From assembly GCA_028023455.1 (NCBI GenBank), contig JAQFVV010000001.1, positions 34,968,001 to 35,032,000 of the forward strand: a stretch of 64,000 bases of DNA, in the 5' to 3' direction. This DNA comes from Epiperipatus broadwayi. Its lineage: Eukaryota > Animalia > Onychophora. Every line of letters starts with the position of its first letter. Within the stretch, counting starts at the first letter, position 1. This document shows, one piece after another, positions 28,314 through 41,964 of the stretch. The notes beneath the pieces were generated by a model. It made no database searches. It was not told the origin of the DNA and saw only the letters and a program-made list of their open reading frames with translations. The position numbers were made by a program, and so were the translations under genes.

Positions 28314-31300
28314 TGAAACTATCCTATATATTTTACTACATTGTTCTGTACTTGATATATATAGATACATTATTGAAAAAAGCACAAACTTCAAACTTTC
28401 CTCTTTTGCTGCTTTATCCAAAGGATTGGAAAAAGTTCTATTCCCATTAATCATATCACCGTTTGGTGTGTAAGATGTCACCTATATTTCAATCAGTTGT
28501 CTGGCAGATTGGATTCAATATTTTACAATAAAATTGGAAAAATTAAAAATAAAGACCAAGCAATTGCCCCACCAAACATAGTTGAGGTGACATGGAGCCT
28601 AAGGAAGCTTTAAACCCCAATATAACAGCAATGTTGATACTAGTGGAGGGTAAAGAGTTCAAGGCCTATTATAGTGACAATATAATGATAGAGATAAATT
28701 ATGGAACTGAATAATGGACAGTTCAAAGTAAGTTTTTCAAATGGTAGTGTGATGAGTGTGGGCTTAGAACTGCAATGTGAATAAATTGTAATCATTGTGG
28801 GGTGAAAGTTATTGGACTGTATTCAGATTTAAAATATGTAAGCACATTTTGCATCAATAAAGATTCTGTTAAAAGTAAACATAAACTATGTGAAACTTTA
28901 AATTATAATAATGCAATTAATGATTTTCCAGAACAAAAGGCAAAAAAAAAAGAAGAAAAGAATAAATAAATTTTATGAAATAATTGTATGTTACTAAAAA
29001 AATTTATATAATAAATATACAAATCTTTATATTGTTGATGCATAATAATTTTAAATATTATTATTTTTTTATAAGATTATATTTCAACTAAATCAAAATG
29101 ATACATGAAATAGAGAAGAAAGTTTTTCTGTTTGGTTTCAAGTGGTTTCAGTAATGCAGATTTTGTTCTAATCTTGCCTTCTTTTTTTCATAAATTTCAG
29201 AAGTTGTCCTGATTGTGTGTGTGTGTGGATGTGAGAGAAAGAGAGAGTCTCAAATTGATTTTGTAAATAATAGATGAGGAAAATTTTAATTATATGAATT
29301 TTACTTCAATATAAAGTCATTAAATTTTTGAAGAAATTAAATTAAGTTCATGAAAATAATTATAAATTGTTTTTATGGTTATGATTTAAAATGTCTAAAA
29401 TTTTTCTTTATTATAATTTTTCATAAAATAAATTTTGAAATAAAAGCTAATATATTTTAATGAAACACATTATTATAACCATATATTTTCCATCAATATA
29501 TTTAATCAATTTATGAATATATTGAAAATGCATATATTAAGGATTATAATCATATAATGAATAATATAATAAATGATTGTTTTGAAGTTGAACTTTATTT
29601 TAAATTCTATCAAAATCATATATTTATTGAATGAAAAATAAAATCCAAAATAGTGAAATAAATGCAAAGGATAATATAAAGTATGTTGAGTTTATAACTT
29701 CAGTTTAAATGCAATATAATGTATTTGTGTATAAATCAAGATTGACAGTAATATTACTGCAATTAGCACTTTTAGAAAAAAAAAGAGACTTAAATCAGCT
29801 CATTGGAGGACAAAAATTTTTTAAACACTGAGGAAAAAAAAGAAGAAGAAAGCATTAATCAGTATTCTTACTAATTACTAGAGAGTGAGGATTTTAAGTA
29901 TTTTTATATTATTTTAATTATTAGCCAAGAATAACTAAATTACCATTTGTTGATTATTATTGAATAGCTAACTAGGTTATTTATTACCTAGCTATTTTGA
30001 ATAAAAAAAAGTCTGATTGAAATCTGAAAAGTTTTATAGAGCCTAAATTTGAATCCTCGGTGTGGGCATGATAAAGGAACATGCTAATTACTAAGTCATG
30101 AATTATATTCAGTATTGGTAGTAAATAATATGTAAAAAATGCAAATCACAATAAAAAGATGCACACATTATTTTAATCAATGCAATGTATATGAAATATG
30201 ATGCCATCCTTATGACTGCCTAAAAATTACTATTGTTTTGCTATGATCATTAAAGATAAAACTAAATTTAATAAAGTGTTAAGATAGCATTAGAAGCTTT
30301 AGAAACTTTAATCTCACAATTAAAAGAGAACATCTATTTTGTAAGTTAAGAATAATTTTCTACAATCTTATATAAAATAAAAATATCATCCAATAAACAG
30401 TTCCAAATTATTATCTGAATAAATTTTTATTGCTAGAACAGTGCAAAAAATGTAAATAAATGAGCTCTATACTTTTCAGTTTTGTTTTTTCTAGCTAGAC
30501 AGGTTATTGCATTTAGCTATCTAAATTTTGATCACCAAGAAAAATTTTGAATAACTATTCTCATTGGAAAATAATTGACACATGAGGTTATGATGTGAAA
30601 ATTTCACATGGGAGGTTAATGACATTTAAGCACTGAAAGTAACAAAACCAAGGTATAATCCTGGAATCTTTAGTTTTTGAGTCTATAGCTCTAATACTGC
30701 ATTAAAGCATACATGTCATTCTAGTTAAATTGTTAAATGTTTTAGAAAAAAATCTAAACTTTATTTATAGCTTTCCAAATCATTTAATTTTTAGTAATAA
30801 CACATGAATTAATAAAAAACACATTTCAGAGTATTTTCCCCATCCCTTTTATAGATGCTGTTGGCCTGATATCAGTGAAAATCTAATGCAGAGAAGAAAC
30901 TGCTGGTTTGCAAATAATACTCTAATACTTGGTGGAAATATTATTTTAAATAAAACTTTGATTTAGGAGATTACAAGTTTAATCCCTGTGCTATATTGTC
31001 TCTTATTAGACCAACAACATGTAAAAAAAAGAGCAGAAAATTTTCTGTTCAGAAATATTGTGTTCCATACTAATTCATGTGGTTTTACAAATAATTAAAT
31101 GTATATGAAAAGGTATAAATAGTTTGAATTTTTCTAAAATATTTAACAATTCAACTAAATAATGGAAATACTCCGATATAATCACAAAACATTTTTGTAA
31201 TTTTGTTTCAATTATTTAAAATTATTGCTCTAAAGATCATATGATATTTGAGCACCAAAATATTAAGCAGAGATCAATTATTCTATTCAGTTGCTTCGAC

Positions 31301-31849
31301 TGAGATTATTTTCATTTTTTTTGTTTAGAAGCTTTTATTCTTTATTTTGCCTCTATTAAACCAAACCATCTGCTCAGAGAATTTTGATCTTTAGCTACAT
31401 GTATTGTAATTAAGAAACACGAATAGATATATAAACATAAAAAGTTTATATATTTATTTTTAAATCATTTCAGTTATTTCACTCCGGAAATAATTTAATA
31501 TGGGAGTTGCACCCCCCCCCCCCATTCTAAATAATAAAATTCTGCGATCTTTCTCTTTTTACAACAATATATATATTTAATGTAAATATAATTTTTAAAC
31601 CTGAAAATAAATTTCTAGTTGTATAAATATATAAATGAAAATTGCGGGCTTGTTTATTCTGGAAACTGAATATTGATTTTTAGCTTAAGTTTAATAATAA
31701 TCATTAATGTTTAAAGATAACACTAACCTAAACAAATTGTCACCAATCGTGTTAAAAATTTTATCAATCATTTATCTATTTGTCTTAGTTGGATAAAAAT
31801 TGAAACTATATATATATGTCCAGTAATAAAATCACCAATATATTTTCAG

Positions 31850-32924
31850 AGACAACAAAGAAGGAATCTCACATTAATTGAATTAGCAGAAGATAATGTT
31901 AGTATTATTCTGGATATCTCAAATGTTGAGGTAAAGCTATAGAATAAAAACATGTTTAGTGAAGACCTTTGTATAAAAATTAAAAAATAAAAATAACAGC
32001 TAATAACTATTGAAAGTAAACAAAAAAATAATAATAATGAACTAGTTTATTACCAAGTAATAAAAAAAGTTGACAGTAATTAAGAAAAAAAATCTGCTGA
32101 AAAATACATAAATTTAAAGTAAGCAAAAAAAGGTGAATTATTAAAAAAAAAAAAAATCACCATCTGATTTGAATATTATAATCTTTATTGACTATTAATT
32201 TTTTCTTATTTATCTCAGCTTCTCAAATAAAGAAACAGAGAAAAAATAAAACGAATCGGTTAATAAGTTCAAATAATTTAAAAACTGTGCACAAAATAAA
32301 TATTTTGATAATGATTTTTTAGATGGAAAAAAATCTTGTCAAAAGGAGACCGGTTATGACTCTTCAGATAAAATCCCCCATTATGAAAATGGTAAAAAAA
32401 AAAAAATGACAAATATAAATACAAACTGAATTCAAAAATATTTATAAAGGTAAATATCTAATGTAGTCTTTTTGACCCAAATTTATCACTGTTTTTTTTA
32501 ATATTATTTAGAAATTTTTTCAATAGGTCAGCAATCAATTCCTACATGATTTGAGATTGGGATGACCTAAAAAAAGTAGATGAATTCAAAATTATATACA
32601 GTAAAACTAACTATGACATTTGTTTGTAGAACTTTTGTATTTATAACATATAAAACAGACAAAAAGTATATGGAAATGATAATTAATGATATAAATATCA
32701 TAGATATCATCAATTATCTTTAAAAAAATACAAATCCTGATATCCATAAAAGAGTGATTCATAATCACTAATTTTGAAATAATCACCAAATGAAAAAGAA
32801 ATCCTGAAAATGGACAGGAATCAATGTTTGTTATACCATACAGAATTTCAAGTACTTTTTTTAAAATAGCTTTTGAGATGGAAAAAACAACACAGGCATT
32901 GGGAAAATCACTCATTATCTAAGT
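31850..32924 (+). mobile_element. PIF/Harbinger remnant (MADF-like ORF followed by transposase N-terminus)
   Basis: TLIELAEDNVSIILD (~31873, MADF-like) and ISPNEK...GQESMFVIPYRISSTFFKI..TQAL (~32780-32900; cf. 'atGes.rsl.yqfRis.stiskI'). Confidence 0.45.
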
Positions 32925-33342
32925 CAGTGATGCACAACTTGTGGGTCCCTTAAAAATTGTTAGGCAATCACGAAATTTTTAACAAATTCTCTTAAATTTT
33001 GGATAATGGTAACTTTTTTAAAAAATAATTTATTTTTTGAAAAGTAGATAAAAAAATTACATGAAAAATGAATTGTTTTTGTATGTATCATATTTTTTTG
33101 TCATATGTTTTGTTTAAAAAATTTAATTTCAATTCCTATGTGCTTAATATTGAAATATTAGGAAATATAAATTTATATAATAATTATAAATATTATCAGT
33201 TTATTAAGAATATGCTAACTTATTTGTACTTATAATTTAGGCATGGTAAAAACAAATATTAGGATTATCAAATTTTCCTCCAAGAAAGGATATTGCAAAT
33301 GTAAAAAGTAGATCGCAAGTGTAAGAAAGTTGCAGTCCATTG
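32925..33342. mobile_element. hAT-type MITE (~418 bp)
   Basis: Ends cagtgatgcacaactt / aagttgcagtccattg (imperfect TIR); 8-bp TSD atctaagt (32917-32924) / atctaagc (33343-33350). Confidence 0.65.
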
Positions 33343-34030
33343 ATCTAAGCCATAATCAGTTGACAGTAGCAATTACTCTTCATAACCATAAACCATTACA
33401 TTTTTACTATCTAAGATTACATTTAAAGCTTTGAATCATGATAAAGAAAAATTCTCAAAGTATTTGAAGTTTAAATAAGTTTTTAACAGAAATGGTTTAA
33501 CATCATTTAATCTCTTTTGTAGTAGTAATATATATAGTCGCTAAAGTTTACCAATGATAATATTCTTGAGAGCAAATAGCAAACTTTATAAAATTTATAT
33601 GCACAGAATATTGTTATAAATGAAGAACAGAATTATATAATGAACAAAATTATTTCACATTAATCCCAGTTGGAGCAATTTTTGAATGATCTGCATTTTT
33701 AAATGATCACTTAAGAAGTATCCACAAGAATAAAAAAATCAAGTATGATATAGTTAGTAGCATTTATAACTGCATAAAAATCTCTATCTTTATCAGCAGG
33801 ATTAATAAAAAGGATAAAGTTATTAATAAAATTCTTTATTTTATAAAAATTCACAGAGTTGCCCTTTATGAATTAGAAATAGCAATAATTTCATTTAAAA
33901 TACTAATATATAACTGAAATTCTAATCAAAGATCACATAGGAATTTTTGTTTTTGCTATTCAAGGAATAACAATACATTTAGTATATTCATATTATAGCA
34001 ATTTAAAAATATGCAAGCATTCAATGACAA

Positions 34031-34056
34031 TTAGGGTTAGGGTAGGGTTAGGGTTA
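34031..34056 (+). repeat. Short interstitial (TTAGGG)n-like tract with four G3 runs
   Basis: ttagggttagggtagggttagggtta. Confidence 0.85.
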
Positions 34057-34894
34057 AGATTTCATGAATGTTGATTTCTAAATAAGATTGTGAACTTAAT
34101 TAGTGAAAAACTTACTAGCTTCACACTCTTAAATCAAAATGCTTTAGATTCGCCTATATAATTAGAAAGTAGATTGAAGACACCACTCTTATCTTTATAA
34201 AGTTGTAATCTTGTGTTAAGTTTGTAGAGGTCCCTCTTGTGATAAAATTAAGCAATCAAAGTGCATAGTATTAATGTTAAAGGATTAGAGTATTTATGTG
34301 CTGATCAAGCACTTATTAATAAGAATTAATGTTTATAATTGAGTTTTGTTTTATATTCATTATTTTAATAATTGTATAGTACTATATAATGTTTAATGAT
34401 GGTACTAGATAATTTTAGTAATAGTTGTAATTCTTTTCTGTTAAATCTGAACTATAAATTTTTGAAGGATTTATTTGAACTTCTTTGCCATTATATCCAT
34501 TCTGAACTTTATCTTTTACAGTGTAAATGAAAAACCATTTACAAATATTTTTTTACACTCATGTGCATATATATGTAAATACTCAACAAAGCAAATCATA
34601 TATAGTGTACATTGCTATATTACATGTAAATACATATAAGATGTTTATTTATCTATAGTGTGTAACATTTTAACCAATATTTGATAGATATCTCATATAG
34701 CTTCACCAGCAAATTTTATTTTTACATGAACTCCAAAAAAGTAAATGGAAGATATATAAATAACAAAATGTTATATGACTCCAGTTTCATCATCATCACA
34801 TTCAATTATTACTAATTTACTGCAAACTGAAGATCTTCCCAAATTTAATCCTATTTCTCTGATCCATAGTTTTTTCCCTTTACATAACTACTCT

Positions 34895-34945
34895 GCATAG
34901 CTTAACACACTCGGTAGAGCATCTGACTTGAAATCAAAAAGTCCC
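34895..34945 (+). mobile_element. Truncated tRNA-like/SINE-head fragment inside the old RTE 3' end
   Basis: gcatagctt...tcggtagagcatctgacttgaaatcaaaaagtccc: D-arm/A-box and anticodon arm only, no T-arm. Related sequence with a B-box-like ttgaatcct at ~30010-30065. Confidence 0.45.
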
Positions 34946-36257
34946 AGAATGCCATTAGCATTTTATTTTCTACATAACTTTTAAAAAATCTCATTTTATC
35001 CATCCATCTCACATATTGTCTCATTGTATGTCTTTTTTCCAATCTTTTGGGATCCAGTTTAAAATTTTAAACATTCATCGATTATCATCTATGCTAGAAG
35101 TATGTCCAGGTCAATTTCACATTTTATATTATTGATAGCTGTTTATTTTCTAAATCACATATTTCATTTTCAATCTCTTCTTATTTTAAAAATACATACT
35201 TCATTAAATAATCTAAAGTCCTTGTAATGTTCTCCTATTACATGCTCAAATTTCAAAAAGAAAAAAACCCCACATCTATTAAAAATCTTTTTCAAACACA
35301 TTGACACATTTTCTTTAAATACTATTTCTACTGAAAGCACTCCAGTCAAGTTTAATTCTGTAATTAACTTTTTTCATTATGTTTTTATTTGTACTAATAA
35401 TTCATGATAATCAATCTCTATTTTCTTCTGACAAAATCCATGAAACATTCCTTTAGTCTTTTTTAGCATTTATTTTTATTCCTATTTTCTCTTGCAACAT
35501 TTCCTGTAGCTCTGAAGTGTTATTTGCACAAACAATTACAACAACTCAAAATTTAAATTATCTAAATAATTTCCACTTATTTTTATTTCTTACAGCTAAC
35601 TACTTTAATCCACTTTTTTGAAAATACAGAATAACTTTGTAGTATACCCTTCTCATTGTCAATCTTTTTAGGGTCACCAAATAATATAAACACTGCTGTT
35701 ATATTTTGATAAATATTTTTCAGAATATGACAGTATTCCAGGTCTATATTTTGATGATTCAAACCTTTAATTATTGTAGAAATGCTAAGAGATTCAAATG
35801 CCTTTTCATAATCTACATATCCAAGGCATAATAGTAATTCATATTCATTGATTCTTTCCATAAACTCTTTTAATACATGGACGTGATTCATTATATTAAA
35901 ACCCCCTTTCAAATTCAAACTGTTTTTTTTTTTTGCTGGTTACAAACCAAAGTTTGATATACATACCTTTGGAGAGCAAATGATAGATTGATAGGTTTGT
36001 ATTTACTAATATTTTGTTTATTACCTTTCTCAAAAGTAATATTATTACTGCACTTCCCCAATTGTCTGGAAAATCTTTATCATTTAAATGTTTGATATAT
36101 AATTTTGCCAACAATTTTTCTTTCTTCACTTGCATCTTTCAAAATATTAATAATAATATTTTTATTACCTGAAGTTTTTTTCTTTTTCATAGATTTGATT
36201 GCATATTTCACTTCATTTAAAATGCTTAGAAATTTGGAAGATGTAATAATTGTAGGA

Positions 36258-36750
36258 CAGGGGTGGATAATTGTTCTGGCTTGGAGGCCACAGAGGTTGG
36301 TGGAGGGCCACATTGGGGGCCACTTTGTGGAAGCAAAGGTTAGTGGAGAGCCACACCTTTTTTCATGACACAATAAACACACTGCTTTATTCCCTGTATT
36401 ACCAATGAAATATTTGTTTGTCCATTCTTGATTAGACACATGACATTCATCACCAATTTTACATTTTTTCGGAGGGTTCATGGTTTTACTAAAGTTGGGA
36501 ATGTATATATTTGTTAATGCAAAGACAAAATTGAAATTAATCAGATCAACTGGAAAAGCACTTCACATCATATATACATTGCACATGTGTATTGATGTGG
36601 CCATCCTAGTGGAAAATACGAGACGAATTTTCAGACATGTACGGGAAGGAAATCTTAGTTCAAGGTGGATTTTTCTGATTGTCTTGGTGAGCCACATAAA
36701 AACTCTTAGCAGGCTGTATGTGGCCATTGGGCCACTATTTGCCACCCCTG
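36258..36750 (-). mobile_element. hAT (Charlie/SPIN-like) deletion derivative, 493 bp
   Basis: TIR caggggtgg / ccacccctg; perfect 8-bp TSD ttgtagga (36250-36257, 36751-36758); GGCCAC-type subterminal repeats; retains transposase N-terminus MNPPKKCKIGDECHVSNQEWTNKYF..KAVCLLCHE. Confidence 0.92.
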
Positions 36751-37085
36751 TTGTAGGAGATACTTTATTTTTGTATTACTAAATAATACATTTCATGATA
36801 TCATTTAATATTTTAATAATAATTTCATCCTTTCTTCTTATTACTGAAATAACTTTTCTTTCAATAATCCAGAAGTTGCTTTATATTTTGAGACTTTTAT
36901 TCTCTTCTGTAGCTTTCCTTGCCAATTCATAGCTACATTTTTTATATTGTTATTAAGTCTTTTTCATATCATTTTACAAACTAAATATTATATTCTTTTT
37001 GAAGAAGCATTAAATTTTTTTTTATGTCTTCTTTTTCTCATGGTAAATGGCTGAATTTTTATATCATAGTATCAGTTAATTTTAT

Positions 37086-38510
37086 TATTAACTGATACTA
37101 TGATATCTGTAACTGCTACCAGGCAGGTCCCCAGGTGGTGGATAGGGGAATGGCCCCCAGATATGGGGGTCTGCTGTGAATAAGCATTTAGGCAAATAAG
37201 CAGTCCTGAACCAACAGCGGCAATGTTAATAGGGTGTGGGGGATCATAAGGGTGGCTCCTTATGTTTCCAGCTAAATACCACATAAACCCAATGATAACA
37301 TTGTGCCAAGGCGAGTTTCTGGCGCCATACCCAGAGGCCATGGCCATGGTAATGGAGAAAGCAGCATTATCATTACTGGCCCAAGGCAGAAGATGAAGAT
37401 ATCGGAATGGCTTGGTTCCAGAGATCTATGGGCATGGATGTAGCATCTTTAATGGCCATAGCACTGCAAATACCTAGAAAGATGCTGGTTTCCCATCTGG
37501 GGTTGCCCATGATGGGTTGGTGGCAGCAAGGGCATGCGGCTATAAAACCAGGACCTTGCCACTCAAACTACATGATGCGGAAAAATTCAGAAGGAGAAAC
37601 AGACTCATTTACAGGATGCGGATGGGTGTGCATCAGGGATCAGCCCTGAGTCCCCTACTATTTAATATTGTTATTGATGTCCTAACAGAGGATATTCGTA
37701 GGGAAGCACCCTGGAACATGATGTATGCCGATGATATAGTGATTGCAACTCAAAACATCAAGGAAGCTCAGGATAGGATAGAAGAGTGGAGGAAAGCACT
37801 GGAGGAAGGGGGAATGAGAATTAGCAGAAATAAAACTGAAGTGCTCTTCTGTGGTAATGGTGGAAGAAGCATTTTGTTAGGGGGAAAGAAGTTGCCTGAG
37901 GCTGAAAAATTTAAATATCTCGGGGCCTGGATGAATAAAGATGGATCACTGGATGGAGAAGTTGTTGGGAGAACTCAAGCTGGTTGGAATAATTGGAGAA
38001 GAGTCTCTGGGATACTCTGCGATAGGAGAATAGGTGCAAGGTTGAAAGGAAAAGTATATAAAACTGTGGTGCGTCCGGCACTGATGTATGGTGCAGAAAC
38101 ATGGCCGATCACTAAGAAAATAGAAGACAAGCAATGTGTAACAGAAATGAGAATGCTTAGGTTTGCCTCGGGCCTCACTAGAAAGGACAAAGTGAAAAAT
38201 GAAGTAATTCGAGAAAATATGAGAGTGAGAATGATCAGTGAAAAAATGAAAGAATCAAGGTTGAGGTGGTTTGGTCATGTTAAGAGAAGAGAAGAAAATT
38301 ACATTGGAAGGAAGATTTTGGAGATGGAACCACCGGGGAAAAGACCCAGGGGTAGACCTAAGATCAGATGGATTGATCGAGTGAGAAAGGACTTGCAGGA
38401 GATGTCACTTACGGAGGAAATGACTTTAGATCGAGTAGCCTGGAGAAGATTGATCCGCACCAGCGACCCCACTTGATGTGGGATTAATCAAGCTGTGGAA
38501 GAAGAAGAAG
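37086..38510 (+). mobile_element. Young, internally deleted RTE LINE (5' UTR joined to RT 3' half) with (GAA)n tail
   Basis: ORF 37517-38476: GVHQGSALSPLLF, MMYADD, FKYLG, RLRWFGHV, RGRPKIRW. GC-rich 37107-37580 resembles RTE 5' UTRs. 3' stem-loop cccac-ttgat-gtggg; 18-bp TSD agtatcagttaattttat (37068-37085, 38509-38526). Confidence 0.92.
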
Positions 38511-39719
38511 TATCAGTTAATTTTATATCAATTGATCTCATTTAAGTCTGAACCATCCTTAAAATCTATTAATTTGTTAAAACAAATTTGCAAATTCTAA
38601 TTTAAATTCACTGGAAGATTTCTGAAGATTAAGAATTTCAATTATTAACATTTTCTTTTTTAATAGTTTTTGTCTTTCTAATCTTGCATATATATGAATC
38701 TTACATCTCACTAAATGATAATAACTTATCATGTAGAATGTATTAAGAGCATTATAATCTTGAAATACGTTTTTATTTGTTAGCCGAAATATAATCCATT
38801 TCAACTATATTTTCATTTGAATGACTTCATATTCATTTCATTTAGCACTTTTTTCATGAAAAGAATTCATAATACATAGCTTTTCTTTTTCTGTAAATTT
38901 CATCTGTATTCCCTCTCATTTCTGCCATCATAACTAAATTTACCTACAGTCTTTTTTACTTATTTTTAGTTATTTACCGAATCTAACATTAAAACTTCCA
39001 AAAACAATCTTAAAATATTGTTTGACCTGATCAAAAGCATTTGTACATTCATATAAAAAATCCTCTACCTTTTCATCATAGAGAGTGCTTGTTAGGATAC
39101 AAACCTGGATTATCTGTATTTGATATCTTCCATTAAGTTTGAATAACTAATTTTGCTATCCAGTATGGATATATCATCAATTTCCACAAAGTTATTCTAC
39201 CACATTTTATAATGAATTCCACATGATTTTTCAATATTAATTGCTTCAACTTTTCTTCTAATTTCACCAAGTTCAACAATGTCCCAATTAATATAAGACA
39301 CTGCTTTCTTACACTTGAAAGTGATATGCAGTTATAGGCATGTAAATAAAAAAGCTATTATTAAATGGCATCCTGAATCCAGAATCAAGAGTTTCTTAGC
39401 ATTGTCTATCAACCACTGCTGACTTTAAACCATAATTTAATTTTATCCATCATAATTGTAAATATTTATGAAAGGGATAATTCACACATACATTTATTTT
39501 GCTTTCATGAGAACTTAACTCATATTTCAGTTAAGATTTATTAGCCAACTAAGAAGAAAGACAATGGTGTTTCTTAGTCTTAAATTAGAGTTAAAAGTCA
39601 ATAATCTTACCAAGCTGGCTGATGCCATTCATATGTGGCTACCATATGAATAATCGTATACTAATAACTATTGTAACAATAATATCATATGGAGTGAACA
39701 TTAGGAGTTTACTTACCTT

Positions 39720-40130
39720 AGTTTCTTTAAGATCTCAAAGAAAAATCTAAATGTCTAAACTTTTAGTTTGCAGCAGTAGCAAATTTTACTTTTTTTAATC
39801 CAGTTCCGATACTTAGAATAAACTTGAGGAATAAATAGATGACTGATGATATAGCTGAATGAATTTCTACCCAGTACTGTTCTGTCCATATCGGCATTCA
39901 CTTAATCAAGATTTGGGCTTTTATGTGGGCAATATTTAATATATCTTTTATCAAATTTTCAATTACTAATAATACAATTGACCTTACCAAAATTCTCCAC
40001 AAGAATTTTGCAACTCAATCGAACTGGTCCAGCAAAATCAAATTCCAAATAGAATTTAAAACTAAATCCATCACTAAAATATTTTTCAAATCTATGATTT
40101 ATTTTATCTAAGTAAAAATTATATCAATTA
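39720..40130 (-). mobile_element. Probable BEL/Pao integrase remnant
   Basis: Minus strand ..EFDFAGPV..GKV.. followed by IPQVYS / SIGTG, in the order of 'DfAGP..Kvy..iySDnGtnF'. Confidence 0.35.
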
Positions 40131-41964
40131 ATGATAGATCTCTATTCTAGATAAAGATAGAACAGTAATGTTTGATATTCTTGTTGCTGCAATCCTGTTA
40201 AAAATACTTAATGCTGTGAGATAGACACACATATAGAAAAAATAATTACTATGAGTTTATGGAGTAAGTCTATAGCAATGAATGTAAGTCATTTCTTACA
40301 AAGTATCAAAGTTAGTAAAGTACTGAAGGAAAACCGGAGTCTAAACTAAATGGATAATATATTTGTCGCAAATGAACTGAGCTTCTTTTTGACAACTTTA
40401 GAAGACTTGAATTATAAAATATTTTTTTGAATTATTCTGAAAAATCTGATTACTTTAAGATTATATTGTTAAAATTATTCTATTATCTAAATGAAAGTTA
40501 TGCATGATCTTATATTAATCTATATGCCAGACAACCCCAATTAATATCATGGTATCTGTTTCAATGGACTTCAAGCTCTTATCAGATTTAGTCAATTAAA
40601 ATATCTACTGTATTAATTTCTAGAGGATAAATATTTATCAATTGCAATGACTAACAGCTATTATTTTAAAGAACTACACATGGCCTGTTTCTTTTATACA
40701 CAGAAAAAATATACCACAAGAATTCAAGATAAATTCTTCATGCGGAGTATGATTCAGATTATCTTTTCATTGATTTTTCCCTTCTTTTGAAAACATCTTA
40801 AATAAATAAAAAAATGCTGATTTGTTATATCAATATTTGGAAACTTATGCTAAAAAATCTGTCTAGTATATATCTGAATCTTTTTCTAGGGATATTCTGA
40901 ATTTTACAAAGATTAAAATTAGATAAAAGGTGAAGTTTTTTGGTTTCTGTGTTTACTTTGTGACATCAGTGAAAAATTTTAATTATGCTAATACGTCTAT
41001 TGGTCTAATGTAAGTTTCAAATGTACCTATTAAATACTATGGTCAATAAAATTTAATTATCTGGTAAAAGATTACACATTTTCCCCATTCTTATGATCAT
41101 AAATCTGTTGGATTCTAAGCTTTTCAATACTTCATTACTTTATTATGGAGATCTATTGGATGCCTGAATTAGATAGTTTTTACTAAATTAAAATACATAT
41201 AAAAATAAAGTTACAAACTGTTCTACCAATTCTAAAAATAAATCATTATATGAGATGTTTCTAAGAAGACATCTTTTTCAATGGTCTATCCCTATGAATT
41301 ATTTTTGGTATTTGTTTCAAATCTGCATTGGATAATTATTTCTATAGATAAAAAAAGATTATCATTTATTTGAATACTACAAATGTTGTAACCAGTGTAG
41401 AAGGTACGATTATAGTAAAACAAATTTTTAATCTAAAATTTTTCTTAATAAAACAATGAAAGATTTTGTGACAAATGATATCATCAAACTTCTCCTTACT
41501 CTGAAGACAATGTGAAGGACAATATAAATAATTAGATGTGATAAAATTGTACCCGCTCATATAACAAAAAATATAACAGAATACGACAGTCAACAAATAA
41601 TCATGATCGTGTAATATTAAATTTAAATGATGAAAAAATAATTATGAAAGTGATAAACAAAAGTGAATAAATAGTTATTGCTTCACTATTAATGTATTTA
41701 ACTTAATAGAACTTGAATTAAAGTTAACTAAAAGATTAAAAATATATATATTCGACAATTGCATTATCTGGAAAAAAAATATTATGAAAGTAATGATAAT
41801 AGAAATTAAAAGAAAGCAGCAGCAGTAAGAAAATTTGGTTCCTTACTATTCTGTCAATAAATATATGAATCATCATAAGAATTTGTTAATATAAACAATA
41901 ATAAAATTATATCAAATTTATTAAGCGCAAACAGATAACTTTGTAATAAAGTGAAAGCTAAAAC

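Larger units (their letters stand above)
34786..39350 (-). mobile_element. Old near-full-length RTE LINE (endonuclease 38560-39350; RT and C-terminus 34786-37060) carrying two nested insertions
   Basis: Minus strand: INWDIVELGEIRRK (endonuclease), LAKLYIKHL..FPDNWGSAVIILL, GYVDYEKAFES, and a 3' end similar to the RTE at 45.6 kb with a (GAT)n tail. Confidence 0.85.

Noticed and set aside
34895-34945. Functional tRNA gene
   Set aside because: Lacks T-arm and acceptor stem; it is a SINE/tRNA fragment.
36080-36481. 133-aa ORF as a single gene
   Set aside because: Chimeric frame running from the hAT transposase N-terminus through the MITE end into the host RTE.
39988-40107. Apparent minus-strand phase-1 host exon (DKINHRFEKYFSDGFSFKFYLEFDFAGPVRLSCKILVENF) with good splice signals
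   Set aside because: DFAGP plus downstream integrase-like motifs fit a decayed BEL/Pao integrase better, and no partner exons were found.
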